Part shown: piece by piece, positions 54,314 through 62,893 of the stretch
Layout of the letters: every line of letters starts with the position of its first letter
Numbering within the stretch: position 1 is the stretch's first letter
NCBI GenBank assembly: GCA_963720265.1
Contig: CAVRET010000002.1
Coordinates: 136,704 to 200,703 of the forward strand
DNA length: 64,000 bases
Origin: an uncultured bacterium
Lineage (GTDB): Bacteria; Patescibacteriota; Saccharimonadia; UBA4664
Direction of reading: 5' to 3'
The notes under the pieces: model-generated
Told to the model about the DNA's origin: nothing
The model's database searches: none
Seen by the model: only the letters and a program-made list of their open reading frames with translations
Program-made: the position numbers and the translations under genes

Positions 54314-56218
54314 CTAGCCGCCGGTCTTGCGCACTTGTTCCGCCAACGCCTGGCCATGCAGACTGGTTGGGTCAAGCTCGAGGGCTCGTTCGGCCGCTGT
54401 TTTTGCACCGCTCACATTCCCTTCTGCCAGCTCAATCGTCCCTGCAAACGCCTCCAGGTTGGCCAGATTTGGCCGGACCGTTGTATCGAGATTGCGATTT
54501 GCGACCACAGCCGGCGGATAGAGCTTGAGCATTCGCTGAGCCGTTGCAACTGCCGCCTGCGGCCGACCCTGCTCTAGTTGTGCTGTGGCTAAATCCAGAG
54601 CATACTCAGGGTGATTATAGGGATCGAGTTGCAACGCGGTAGCAAACGCCGCCGCCGCACCGTTCCAGTTACCAGTCAGAGCCAACACTCGGCCCTCCAG
54701 CTGATAATGCTGGCCGTCATGTGGATCGAGCACTTCAGCCTGCCGCGCACGCGCGAGCGCCACCTTTACATCAGGCGCCTGGCTTTTACCTCCGGCCGCC
54801 GCCATGGCATACCACTCAATGCCCTCCGCGTCGACGTAGTCGGGATTATAAGCCACGCCCCGATGTGCAGCCGCGTAATCAAAAGCCGCCGCCGTGTAAT
54901 TGTTGGCAGCCTCTGCCGCCTTTCCGCGCGTCGCCCACACATCACTCTCGTACAGACTAATAACCGGCACCAGCACCGCCACAGCCACGGCCGGCCACCG
55001 CCACGAAGCAGTACCCCGAACCGACCACCACTGCCGGTACATAATGGCAGCTAGCATAGCCGCCAGCGCCAGCAAGGCCGGATAGGACGCATCAATATCA
55101 AAGCCAAAGTGTACCAATAACGCTGCCAAACCCAAACCGACCGGCAGCAGTTCCGGACTGCGCACAATTCCCTGCAGGCACCCGACACCGACCGTCAGCA
55201 GCACAGCCGCCAGCGCCACGGCACCCACGAAACCCAGCTCGGCTAACGTTTGAATATATATATTGTGGGCGTCGGTTGACGCGCTCTGCACCCGCTGCTG
55301 ATACTGGGGATGAACATCACCATAGGTTCCGGCTCCCACACCAACAATCGGATGTGACCACCACATTGCGAATGCGCTCGTCACGTAGTTCACCCGGTCA
55401 CGAACGCTCGTCGGCTCACCGCTCGCCACCTGCGCCAACCGAGAGCCTGGTATTAAACTCCAGCTGTGATGAGCAGTTACAGTACTCAAAGCCGAAAAGC
55501 CGATACTCAGTCCAAAACCAAGTACCAAGCTGCATAAAATTTTTATCCAAACACGCTTTAAATTCGTTATCAACAGATACAGCGCGATAGTGAACACTAA
55601 TATTATGAGAGCTGCCCGCGAGTCGGTAAGAAGGAATGTTGCGACCAATCCAGCCGTTGCTGCCAGCCATCCAGCCTCTCGCTTGCCGTCCTCTGACTTA
55701 CGCAGCCGATCAAGGCTAATCAGGATGGCCGGCACAATATAAGCCGCTGCTGGATTGGGCCAATAGAATGTCCCTGTGAATCTCGGGTAGGCGCTCGTTA
55801 GATACAGCCACATGCCCGCCACACTAAAGAGTCCGGCGCTTATTAAATACGCCCGTATCAGCCACTCGCGCCCGCGTGGTTCATCCGCCACAGCATATGC
55901 CAATCGAAACGTCAGCCCGGCCAACACCCAGGCTATGAGCCACACCGCCGTTGAGTAACGAGCCGCGCTCCACCAAAAACTAAGCGTTGCCCAACCAATG
56001 AGCGCCAGCCAGCTGACCGATAGCGCGCCCCAATGCAGGAGCCGGCTCTGTGGTTGTCGCCACACGAGCAGTGCCCCCAGGAGCAGCGCTCCCACGCTAA
56101 TGAGCTGTGCCACCGGCTCCTGGCCGCCAGTCAACCACGGCGCCGTTGCCACTGCTACGCACACCACCAAAGTGCCGACAATCAACGGCCGCATTGGCAC
56201 CACCGCACGCTCATTCAT
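54314..56218 (-). CDS. O-antigen-ligase-family (Wzy_C) polytopic membrane protein with a C-terminal TPR domain
   Basis: About 12 TM helices with a large periplasmic loop typical of Wzy_C/WaaL/PglL-type proteins, followed by about 230 aa of TPR-like Ala-rich repeats. Confidence 0.55.
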   Translation of the reverse strand: MNERAVVPMRPLIVGTLVVCVAVATAPWLTGGQEPVAQLISVGALLLGALLVWRQPQSRLLHWGALSVSWLALIGWATLSFWWSAARYSTAVWLIAWVLAGLTFRLAYAVADEPRGREWLIRAYLISAGLFSVAGMWLYLTSAYPRFTGTFYWPNPAAAYIVPAILISLDRLRKSEDGKREAGWLAATAGLVATFLLTDSRAALIILVFTIALYLLITNLKRVWIKILCSLVLGFGLSIGFSALSTVTAHHSWSLIPGSRLAQVASGEPTSVRDRVNYVTSAFAMWWSHPIVGVGAGTYGDVHPQYQQRVQSASTDAHNIYIQTLAELGFVGAVALAAVLLTVGVGCLQGIVRSPELLPVGLGLAALLVHFGFDIDASYPALLALAAMLAAIMYRQWWSVRGTASWRWPAVAVAVLVPVISLYESDVWATRGKAAEAANNYTAAAFDYAAAHRGVAYNPDYVDAEGIEWYAMAAAGGKSQAPDVKVALARARQAEVLDPHDGQHYQLEGRVLALTGNWNGAAAAFATALQLDPYNHPEYALDLATAQLEQGRPQAAVATAQRMLKLYPPAVVANRNLDTTVRPNLANLEAFAGTIELAEGNVSGAKTAAERALELDPTSLHGQALAEQVRKTGG

Positions 56219-56235
56219 GGCTTTATCTTAACAGA

Positions 56236-57726
56236 CTAGCCAGTCCAGTGAGACAACAGGATAGACAGGTCGATAATATTGACCACTCCGTCGGCATTCA
56301 GATCACTTGAGTTGGCGCCAGTCTTCCCCCAGTTGCTCAGCAGTTGCGACAAGTCGTAGATGTTAACCTTGCCGTCGCCGTTTAAGTCCCCGGCCGTGCT
56401 CACCGTCACGTTCGTGGCCGTCGATTGCGATGAAACATTACCGGCCGCGTCCTCGGCCGCCACCATGTAAGCGTACGACCCTACAGTCACATTTGCATCA
56501 GTGAAGGCTGTGGTTGCAACAGTCGCGACCTGCGTACCACCGCGATACACCACATATCCAGTCACACCTACGTTATCAGTTGAGGCCGTCCACGAAAGTT
56601 GCACATTCTGGCCGCTCACCGTCGCGGTTACACCACTCGGCGTGCTCGGCGGCTGGGTGTCCGGCAACGTGCTAAGGCTTGCGGCACTCGATTGTGCCGA
56701 CACGTTGCCTGCCGCATCGTCCGCCGCCACCGTAAAGCTATAGTTCGTCCCCGGCACCAGCCCCGAACTGCTAAATGATGTGCTGGTGCTCGTACCCACC
56801 TGCGCGCCGTTGCGGTAAATCTTGTACCCGGCTACGCCTACGTTATCGGTTGAGGCCGTCCACCCAATGGTAATCGACGTCATCGTGCGCGATGTTAGCG
56901 TCGGCACTCCGGGCACGCTCGGCGCCGTTGTATCAGGCAGTGTAGTAAAGTTGGCCGATGTCGATTGCGCCGACACATTACCGGCCGCGTCATCAGCCGC
57001 CACCGCGTAAGTGTACGTCGTGGCGGGATTCAAGCCGGTATCGTGGTATGTCGTGCTGGTGCTCGTACCCACCTGCGCGCCGTTGCGGTAAATCTTGTAC
57101 CCGGCTACGCCTACGTTATCGGTTGAGGCCGTCCAGCTGAGGTCAATCGTGGTCACACTGTTGGTCGACATCGCAAGCCCAGTTGGTACGCTTGGGGGTG
57201 TCTGATCGGCCACAGTGAACGTTCCGGATGTCGTACCCACCAGCACGTTAGCCTGATCCGAAGCCCGCACCAAGGCCGAGCTTGAGGCAAACGCAATTGT
57301 CGCCTGCCCAATAGCAACCGTTTTGAACGTCAACACTGACACCACTTGGTCACCGGTCAGCGCCGTCTGGTTGCCGCGGCTAAGCGTCACCGTGCCGTTC
57401 CCGGCGGTATTAGCCGCCTGCACAGTAAACGGGCTGGTACTCGGATCAGAGCTGACGAACTGCAGCAAGTTGGACGGATACGTTAGATCAGCTTCAACCG
57501 CGTTCACAGCATCGGTACCGCTATTCTCATACACGGTTACCGTGAATGTCGAGCCCAGCGCGGTCGTCGAGCTCGACGGCGTCAAATACAGCGTGCCGCT
57601 GGCGGCAAAGATCCGCGATACCACATACGCGCCCACAGCCACGGTCAGCAATATGAGGGATGCGACCTGGTACGTCTGGATTGATGCTTTACGCTGTAAT
57701 AAGCCCAATCGTCTCTTTTTTGGCAC
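56236..57726 (-). CDS. Cell-surface protein: N-terminal TM/signal anchor, three fibronectin type III modules, C-terminal dockerin-type repeat pair
   Basis: Three about 91 aa repeats (...IDLSWTASTDNVGVAGYKIYRNGAQVGTSTSTTY...TYTYAVAADDAAGNVSAQS). The C-terminus GDLNGDGKVNIYDLSQLLSNW...DLNADGVVNIIDLSILLSHW is a dockerin-I-like pair of Ca-binding loops. Confidence 0.6.
   Translation of the reverse strand: MPKKRRLGLLQRKASIQTYQVASLILLTVAVGAYVVSRIFAASGTLYLTPSSSTTALGSTFTVTVYENSGTDAVNAVEADLTYPSNLLQFVSSDPSTSPFTVQAANTAGNGTVTLSRGNQTALTGDQVVSVLTFKTVAIGQATIAFASSSALVRASDQANVLVGTTSGTFTVADQTPPSVPTGLAMSTNSVTTIDLSWTASTDNVGVAGYKIYRNGAQVGTSTSTTYHDTGLNPATTYTYAVAADDAAGNVSAQSTSANFTTLPDTTAPSVPGVPTLTSRTMTSITIGWTASTDNVGVAGYKIYRNGAQVGTSTSTSFSSSGLVPGTNYSFTVAADDAAGNVSAQSSAASLSTLPDTQPPSTPSGVTATVSGQNVQLSWTASTDNVGVTGYVVYRGGTQVATVATTAFTDANVTVGSYAYMVAAEDAAGNVSSQSTATNVTVSTAGDLNGDGKVNIYDLSQLLSNWGKTGANSSDLNADGVVNIIDLSILLSHWTG
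56508..57143. repeat. Tandem about 273 bp DNA repeats encoding the FN3 modules
   Basis: An about 83 nt block (GTGCTGGTGCTCGTACCCACCTGCGCGCCGTTGCGGTAAATCTTGTACCCGGCTACGCCTACGTTATCGGTTGAGGCCGTCCA) occurs identically at 56781 and 57054. A diverged third copy sits near 56520. Confidence 0.6.
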
Positions 57727-57868
57727 CCAAAACGCCTATGCTTATGCACGAATATTACCACGAATAAGGCAAAACGTGCGAATTTCCGAGCACAATTTAC
57801 CCCTGCACAATACCGCTGGGCCAGCCGCGAAACATGCTATGGTGTAACCATAAAGTAAGCATGTAATC

Positions 57869-58789
57869 ATGGCCGAACTCCATCTCTCTGAACTTATCAC
57901 CGACTTTCTCGAGCACCTCGAGATCGAGCAAAATCGCTCGCAAAAAACCATTGCCAATTACGATCACTATCTCCAGCGCTTGGTTGAATTCACCGATGAT
58001 TGCGACATTGCGACACTCGATGCCGAAATGGTCCGCCAGTGGCGCCTCCACCTTAACCGCACCAAGGACGCCGCAGGCCGTGAGCTCACTAAGACCACCC
58101 AAAACTACCACCTCATAGCGCTCCGCAGCTTTCTCAAATACCTCACTAAGCGCGACATCAAAGCCCTCGACTCAGCCAAAATTGAGCTCGCTAAGGTGGC
58201 CAGGCCGCAAGTCACCTTTCTCACGTCCGAAGAAATCGACCGCCTGGTAGACGCCATCGACACATCCAACCCGATCGGCATGCGTGACCGCGCCCTCATC
58301 GAGCTGCTCTTTTCCGGTGGTCTGCGCGTCTCCGAACTCGTTGGCTTAAACCGCGACCACATCAACCTCGAGCGCCGCGAATTCGTGGTCCGCGGCAAAG
58401 GCCAGAAAGACCGCCCCATTTTCATTTCGCCCCGCGCCGCCGACTGGCTCGCCAGATATCTTGAAACCCGGCATGACACCGGGAGTCCGCTTTTCATCCA
58501 CTACTCCGGCACCAAAGACGAGCTCGAGGACGGCATGTACACTCGCCTCACCGCGAGAAGCGTCCAGCGCCTCGTCAATCGCTATGCCAAAGCCGCCGGC
58601 ATTACCAAAACCGTCACCCCCCACACCCTGCGCCACAGTTTTGCCACCGACCTACTCCAAAACGGCGCCGACCTCCGCAGTGTCCAGGGCCTCCTCGGCC
58701 ACGCCAACGTAGCGACTACGCAGATCTACACTCACGTCACCGACCCGCAGCTAAAAAGCGTTCATGAACGCTTCCACGCCAGCCACTAG
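57869..58789 (+). CDS. xerD: Tyrosine recombinase XerC/XerD family
   Basis: ARGKGQKDRPIF...HTLRHSFATDLLQNGADLRSVQGLLGHANVATTQIYTHV gives the catalytic R...HxxR...Y. Confidence 0.8.
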   Translation: MAELHLSELITDFLEHLEIEQNRSQKTIANYDHYLQRLVEFTDDCDIATLDAEMVRQWRLHLNRTKDAAGRELTKTTQNYHLIALRSFLKYLTKRDIKALDSAKIELAKVARPQVTFLTSEEIDRLVDAIDTSNPIGMRDRALIELLFSGGLRVSELVGLNRDHINLERREFVVRGKGQKDRPIFISPRAADWLARYLETRHDTGSPLFIHYSGTKDELEDGMYTRLTARSVQRLVNRYAKAAGITKTVTPHTLRHSFATDLLQNGADLRSVQGLLGHANVATTQIYTHVTDPQLKSVHERFHASH

Positions 58790-59805
58790 CACGGATACGG
58801 AGTCTGAGCTGTGTCGTTGATCACATTAAAGTCTTTGCAAACATTGGTATCTGAATAGATCACATAGTTAAGATAGCCCGACGCCTGATTTCCAATCGGC
58901 AACTCGGAAACCACCCGGCGATACTCGGTACCAACATGCGCCGTCACATCGATGAGCGCCGTGTTTGTCGGCACTTGCACCTCATTGCCGGTGCCGTCAT
59001 TTCCGGTCATAAAGGTCAGCTTGTAGGGCGTCGAGACATACCGCGACCGGAGACGAAAGAGATAGCCGTACGCGTTACTCGGCAGGCCCATGTACGTTAA
59101 GATCATCTCGCAGTTATACTGCTGCCCCGACCCTAGCGGCGTGCACTGGGCAGACACCGGGCTATTTGTTGTAAACGCCGGCACGTTGTATTCATCCTGT
59201 GTGCCGCCATGCGCGCCGCCGGGGTTAAGCACCGTATTCTCTAAGGTCAAACCGGCGCTTCCGGCAGTAAAGCCACCGGCCGGATATTGCACCACTGACA
59301 CTTCCAGCGGCGGCACCCCGGACGGCACGACGGTCGTATAACTTGCCGGCGGCGCCGGAAAGCTCGGCAGCGTGTAATCAGCCGCATTCGGATCGCTTGA
59401 TTGCCCCCACTGGATAATCACACTGTGAAAGGGCTGCGCCAGGGACGTGCCCGGATTAATCGTGGTTGCCACATCCGGCTGGCTCAAATTGCCAAACGGT
59501 GTGCCTGTGAATTCAACCTGCTGGCACGTCCAACCGGCCAGCGTGGGGTCAAACGGCAGAGTGCCGGCCTCACAGCCTTGATCAGCCGTAATTGTCCCAT
59601 CCAACACCTTGGCTGCTGCTGCCTCAATACCGGCCTCAGCCACGTAGTACGCCCGCACCGATTGCTCCGCATCCTCCGACTTCCTCAGCTGCACCGTCTC
59701 AATTGAGATGATTCCGAGCGAAATAATCGTCAGGAGGAGGCTTATAAAGACGCACGTTATCAGCGACACATAACCATCTTCATTGCGCACACGCAGGTAT
59801 TTCAT
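58786..59805 (-). CDS. Minor-pilin/pseudopilin-like protein (PilX/PilW-like), N-terminal hydrophobic helix
   Basis: GYVSLITCVFISLLLTIISLGIISIE resembles a class III signal peptide without the canonical G-F. It overlaps the upstream pilin-like gene by 4 nt. Confidence 0.4.
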   Translation of the reverse strand: MKYLRVRNEDGYVSLITCVFISLLLTIISLGIISIETVQLRKSEDAEQSVRAYYVAEAGIEAAAAKVLDGTITADQGCEAGTLPFDPTLAGWTCQQVEFTGTPFGNLSQPDVATTINPGTSLAQPFHSVIIQWGQSSDPNAADYTLPSFPAPPASYTTVVPSGVPPLEVSVVQYPAGGFTAGSAGLTLENTVLNPGGAHGGTQDEYNVPAFTTNSPVSAQCTPLGSGQQYNCEMILTYMGLPSNAYGYLFRLRSRYVSTPYKLTFMTGNDGTGNEVQVPTNTALIDVTAHVGTEYRRVVSELPIGNQASGYLNYVIYSDTNVCKDFNVINDTAQTPYPC

Positions 59806-60386
59806 CGCGGCTCAGCTCCTGAGGTTAACTTAACGACTGAACAAAATTGCAAATCGGCAGCCGAACCAGTACAGACAAAGTCGCTGCCGTTCCAGGTGGC
59901 AGTACCGTTATTCGGCGCCACTTCCAGTTTCAATTGCGTTTCCGGCTTCCACTGCGGGTCAGTCGGGTTTGCACTCTCAAGAGTTGCGTCAAAGTTGGCC
60001 TCCTCATTGCTGGCCGTTAGCGGCGTCGAAGTCGCATATGGCGGCGAACAATTGGTAGTCTCATACAGGACCTGTGACGACGAATCAACATAAAAACCAA
60101 CGTCCGGTCCGCCCGCACTAGTCAGACACAAGGTCGGGGAAGGTGCACCCTGCACCGTCGGTGTCACCACGCCGGACGAATCCCGCACCGCTGCCACCAT
60201 CGCATCCATGGCAGTCCTGGCGTTGTCTTGAGCGGCGTTTGATGTATAGGCCTCATTGTGTAGCCGCACCACGTTAATAAATCCGGTCACAATGATAAGC
60301 AAGAAAAAGCCAAAGATCGCCATGGCCAACACTAGCTCAATCATGGTAAAACCGTCAGCCTGCACTAATTCCCTGCTCATGGGCAT
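59802..60386 (-). CDS. Type IV minor pilin / pseudopilin (prepilin-type N-terminal cleavage/methylation domain)
   Basis: QADGFTMIELVLAMAIFGFFLLIIV has the G-F-T-x-x-E signature. Confidence 0.6.
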   Translation of the reverse strand: MPMSRELVQADGFTMIELVLAMAIFGFFLLIIVTGFINVVRLHNEAYTSNAAQDNARTAMDAMVAAVRDSSGVVTPTVQGAPSPTLCLTSAGGPDVGFYVDSSSQVLYETTNCSPPYATSTPLTASNEEANFDATLESANPTDPQWKPETQLKLEVAPNNGTATWNGSDFVCTGSAADLQFCSVVKLTSGAEPR

Positions 60387-60994
60387 GGACCCCCACCGGG
60401 CTGCAATCCTAAATTAACGAGTTGGGTTGGGATATCACTATAATCAACCGCACCGCTCCCACCGCGCGGGTTAAACTGGTAGGCCAAATCAAAGTCAAAC
60501 CCGCAGCCCTGATCAGCCAACGCGGTTGAACTGGTAATATCCATGATTGCGCTTGGTAGGGACAACAGATTATCAGTGTTCAGCGTTGAGGGCGTTAATT
60601 CGCCCACTACCGGCACCCATTGAGTAACACCAAACCCGGTATTTTGCAGCTCCATATGGAAGCAGCTAGTTGCACTATTGAGACAGGTGGTCGAGGCGGA
60701 CAGGGCTTGATCAACTCCGCAATACCCCCCGGCTCCACATCCGCTACCACTCTGGAACTCGGCCCAGGTATGATTGTCACGAAAATTCCGCAAGGCTTCC
60801 ATTTGCGACTGCGCCGCTTCCACGATCTGTGTGCGCTCGCTCGCATCCTGGCCGGTCCGGAGAGCCAGTGTCACGATTGAAATCGCACCCACCAGCACCG
60901 CGCCCAGGATCGTCAAAGCTAGCGTCACTTCAATCAAAGTGTCGCCACGCTCATTCCCCCGCCGGCGCGCCATCCTCAACTTAAGCATAACCAC
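60377..60994 (-). CDS. Type IV minor pilin / pseudopilin
   Basis: RGDTLIEVTLALTILGAVLVGAISIV is a prepilin-like leader with Glu at +5. Confidence 0.55.
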   Translation of the reverse strand: MVMLKLRMARRRGNERGDTLIEVTLALTILGAVLVGAISIVTLALRTGQDASERTQIVEAAQSQMEALRNFRDNHTWAEFQSGSGCGAGGYCGVDQALSASTTCLNSATSCFHMELQNTGFGVTQWVPVVGELTPSTLNTDNLLSLPSAIMDITSSTALADQGCGFDFDLAYQFNPRGGSGAVDYSDIPTQLVNLGLQPGGGPCP

Positions 60995-61040
60995 CTTTAC
61001 TATACCACGCGGCCATCAATTATTTCGCTCAAGGGGTGCA

Positions 61041-61802
61041 TCAATTGGCTCCGCTTAATCTCAGATACCAGCTCACGAGCTCAGACGTAAACCACATTGC
61101 CACAAACGTGCCGAGGACCAAGAACGGCCCAAACGGAATCTGGTCTTTCCGCCCGCGCCTGCGCAGCGCAATCAGGGTAAGCCCCACCAACGCCGCCGAG
61201 TTAAACGCCACCAGCATCGCCACCGCTGTCCCCTTCAGCCCCAACAACAAACCCATCGCTGCCGCCAGTTTAATATCGCCGCCGCCCATCGCCCGGCCCT
61301 GCGACAGCACCACCAAGGCATAGAAGCCTCCTCCGGCCAGCGCACCTGCTACCACCGGCCCAAGCACCATACGTGGCGCGTGCAGCATAAGCGCCAGCAC
61401 CACCTCGCCGGCAAGAGCCCAAGCCGTGAGCGGCAACGTCAGCTTGTCCGGCAACAGCATCCACCTTAGGTCATACACTGCCAGAGCTATGAGCATAGCC
61501 GCCGCCACCCACCACCACACCAATTGCACCCAGCCGATTGCGCCCATGGGCATCGCCACGTACGCGCTGACTGCAAACACCACGCCACACGCGAGCTCCA
61601 CTACTGGGCTGTCTTTAATGGGCTTGCGGCAATACCGGCACCGGCCGCGTAAAAGCAGCCAACTCACGACCGGCACCAAATCCTTGGCCGCCAGTTGGTG
61701 TCCGCATTCCGGGCATTCACTGCGGCCGTGCACCCAACTTTTACCCACATACAATCGCCACACCAAGGCGTTAATAGCCGAACCCACGATCAGGCCCAGC
61801 AC
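61041..61802 (-). CDS. pilD: Prepilin peptidase (A24 family)
   Basis: Zinc-binding CPECGHQL...CRYCRKPI followed by polytopic TM helices and the catalytic Asp regions. Confidence 0.8.
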   Translation of the reverse strand: MLGLIVGSAINALVWRLYVGKSWVHGRSECPECGHQLAAKDLVPVVSWLLLRGRCRYCRKPIKDSPVVELACGVVFAVSAYVAMPMGAIGWVQLVWWWVAAAMLIALAVYDLRWMLLPDKLTLPLTAWALAGEVVLALMLHAPRMVLGPVVAGALAGGGFYALVVLSQGRAMGGGDIKLAAAMGLLLGLKGTAVAMLVAFNSAALVGLTLIALRRRGRKDQIPFGPFLVLGTFVAMWFTSELVSWYLRLSGAN

Positions 61803-61830
61803 CGCCGCGTATACAATTAGCAGTATGGCG

Positions 61831-62295
61831 CTAATGGTTATCGATACAGGTCGTGCCGCCGCCCTGCTCCAACCGCATCTGCACCATAAACTCTTGGCTC
61901 GTCAGAGCCGTTACTCCATCACAAGCAGTACCGCCCAGCTCATACGATATACTGCCGGGCGTCGAACCCGGAGTCGCACCCGTCGTATAGCCAACGGTAA
62001 AGTAATCGGTATGCACAGATGGATCGTCAAAGTTCGCCGGTGTGTAGCTGCCGGTTGGGCCCCAATCAGCCGCACTGGTCAAATTAGCCGGATACATACC
62101 CTCGTTATTACCCGCATATAACTCAATCTGGGCTGCCAGCCGCTGAAGGTCACGCTTGCGCTGAGTGTCACGGCGGCTTTTCTGTGCTCCCCCAAGTGCC
62201 AAGAACACGATCAGCAGGATCAAGCCAGCAATCGCCAAGACTAAGGAAAGCTCGATCAGAGTGAAGCCATGTTCTCGTTTACTAGTCATACTCAC
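61831..62295 (-). CDS. Type IV major pilin (PilA-like)
   Basis: KREHGFTLIELSLVLAIAGLILLIV has a cleavage site after G, F at +1 and E at +5. The C-terminus has a Cys pair (CDG...CIDNH) forming a disulfide loop. Confidence 0.75.
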   Translation of the reverse strand: MSMTSKREHGFTLIELSLVLAIAGLILLIVFLALGGAQKSRRDTQRKRDLQRLAAQIELYAGNNEGMYPANLTSAADWGPTGSYTPANFDDPSVHTDYFTVGYTTGATPGSTPGSISYELGGTACDGVTALTSQEFMVQMRLEQGGGTTCIDNH

Positions 62296-62332
62296 CTGCT
62301 CTTACTCATATGTAACCATAAGTATTATATCC

Positions 62333-62359
62333 AAAAAGAGGCCCGAAGGCCTCTTTTTG
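62333..62359. terminator. Rho-independent terminator between the two pilin genes
   Basis: AAAAAGAGGCC-CGAA-GGCCTCTTTTT is a perfect 11 bp stem flanked by T-runs. Confidence 0.55.
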
Positions 62360-62375
62360 TTCAGTCAACTAACTC

Positions 62376-62813
62376 CTAATGGTTGTCGACACAGAAGCTA
62401 CCACCCTGCTCCTGATAGATAGTCACGGCATAGTTGTTGGCGCTTGGAGTGCCAGCAACATTCGGACAGAATGCACCGCCTTGGTATTCAATCTGGCCCG
62501 CCGTTGGAGCAGCGCCCACAATTGTGTAAGCACCACCGGTCGAAGGGTCCTTGCGGCTGAAGTACTGCGCGGTAATATCGGTCGCGGCCGCGGCAGCGTT
62601 CACCGGGTAAGTACCACCGTTATTGCTAGCCCACGATTCAACAGACGACACAAACGCGCTCGCATCATTCTTGCGCTGGTTGTCGCGCCGGGCCTTTTGT
62701 GCGCCGGACAGCGCCAGGAAGACGATCAGCAGGATCAAACCAGCAATCGCCAGCACTAAGACGATTTCAATGAGAGTGAATCCCCGCTCTCGCTTTATGA
62801 GACTTTTTGTCAT
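62376..62813 (-). CDS. Type IV major pilin paralogue
   Basis: Start set at MTKSLIKRERGFTLIEIVLVLAIAGLILLIV (62813, with an AAAGGTGAG RBS). The C-terminus CPN...CVDNH matches the paralogue at 61831-62295. Confidence 0.75.
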   Translation of the reverse strand: MTKSLIKRERGFTLIEIVLVLAIAGLILLIVFLALSGAQKARRDNQRKNDASAFVSSVESWASNNGGTYPVNAAAAATDITAQYFSRKDPSTGGAYTIVGAAPTAGQIEYQGGAFCPNVAGTPSANNYAVTIYQEQGGSFCVDNH

Positions 62814-62893
62814 GTAGCTCACCTTTCTTACGATATGATTTCTAAAACTTGTGCTCAGTATTACACTTATGCTTTTTCGCGTCAACTAACGGA

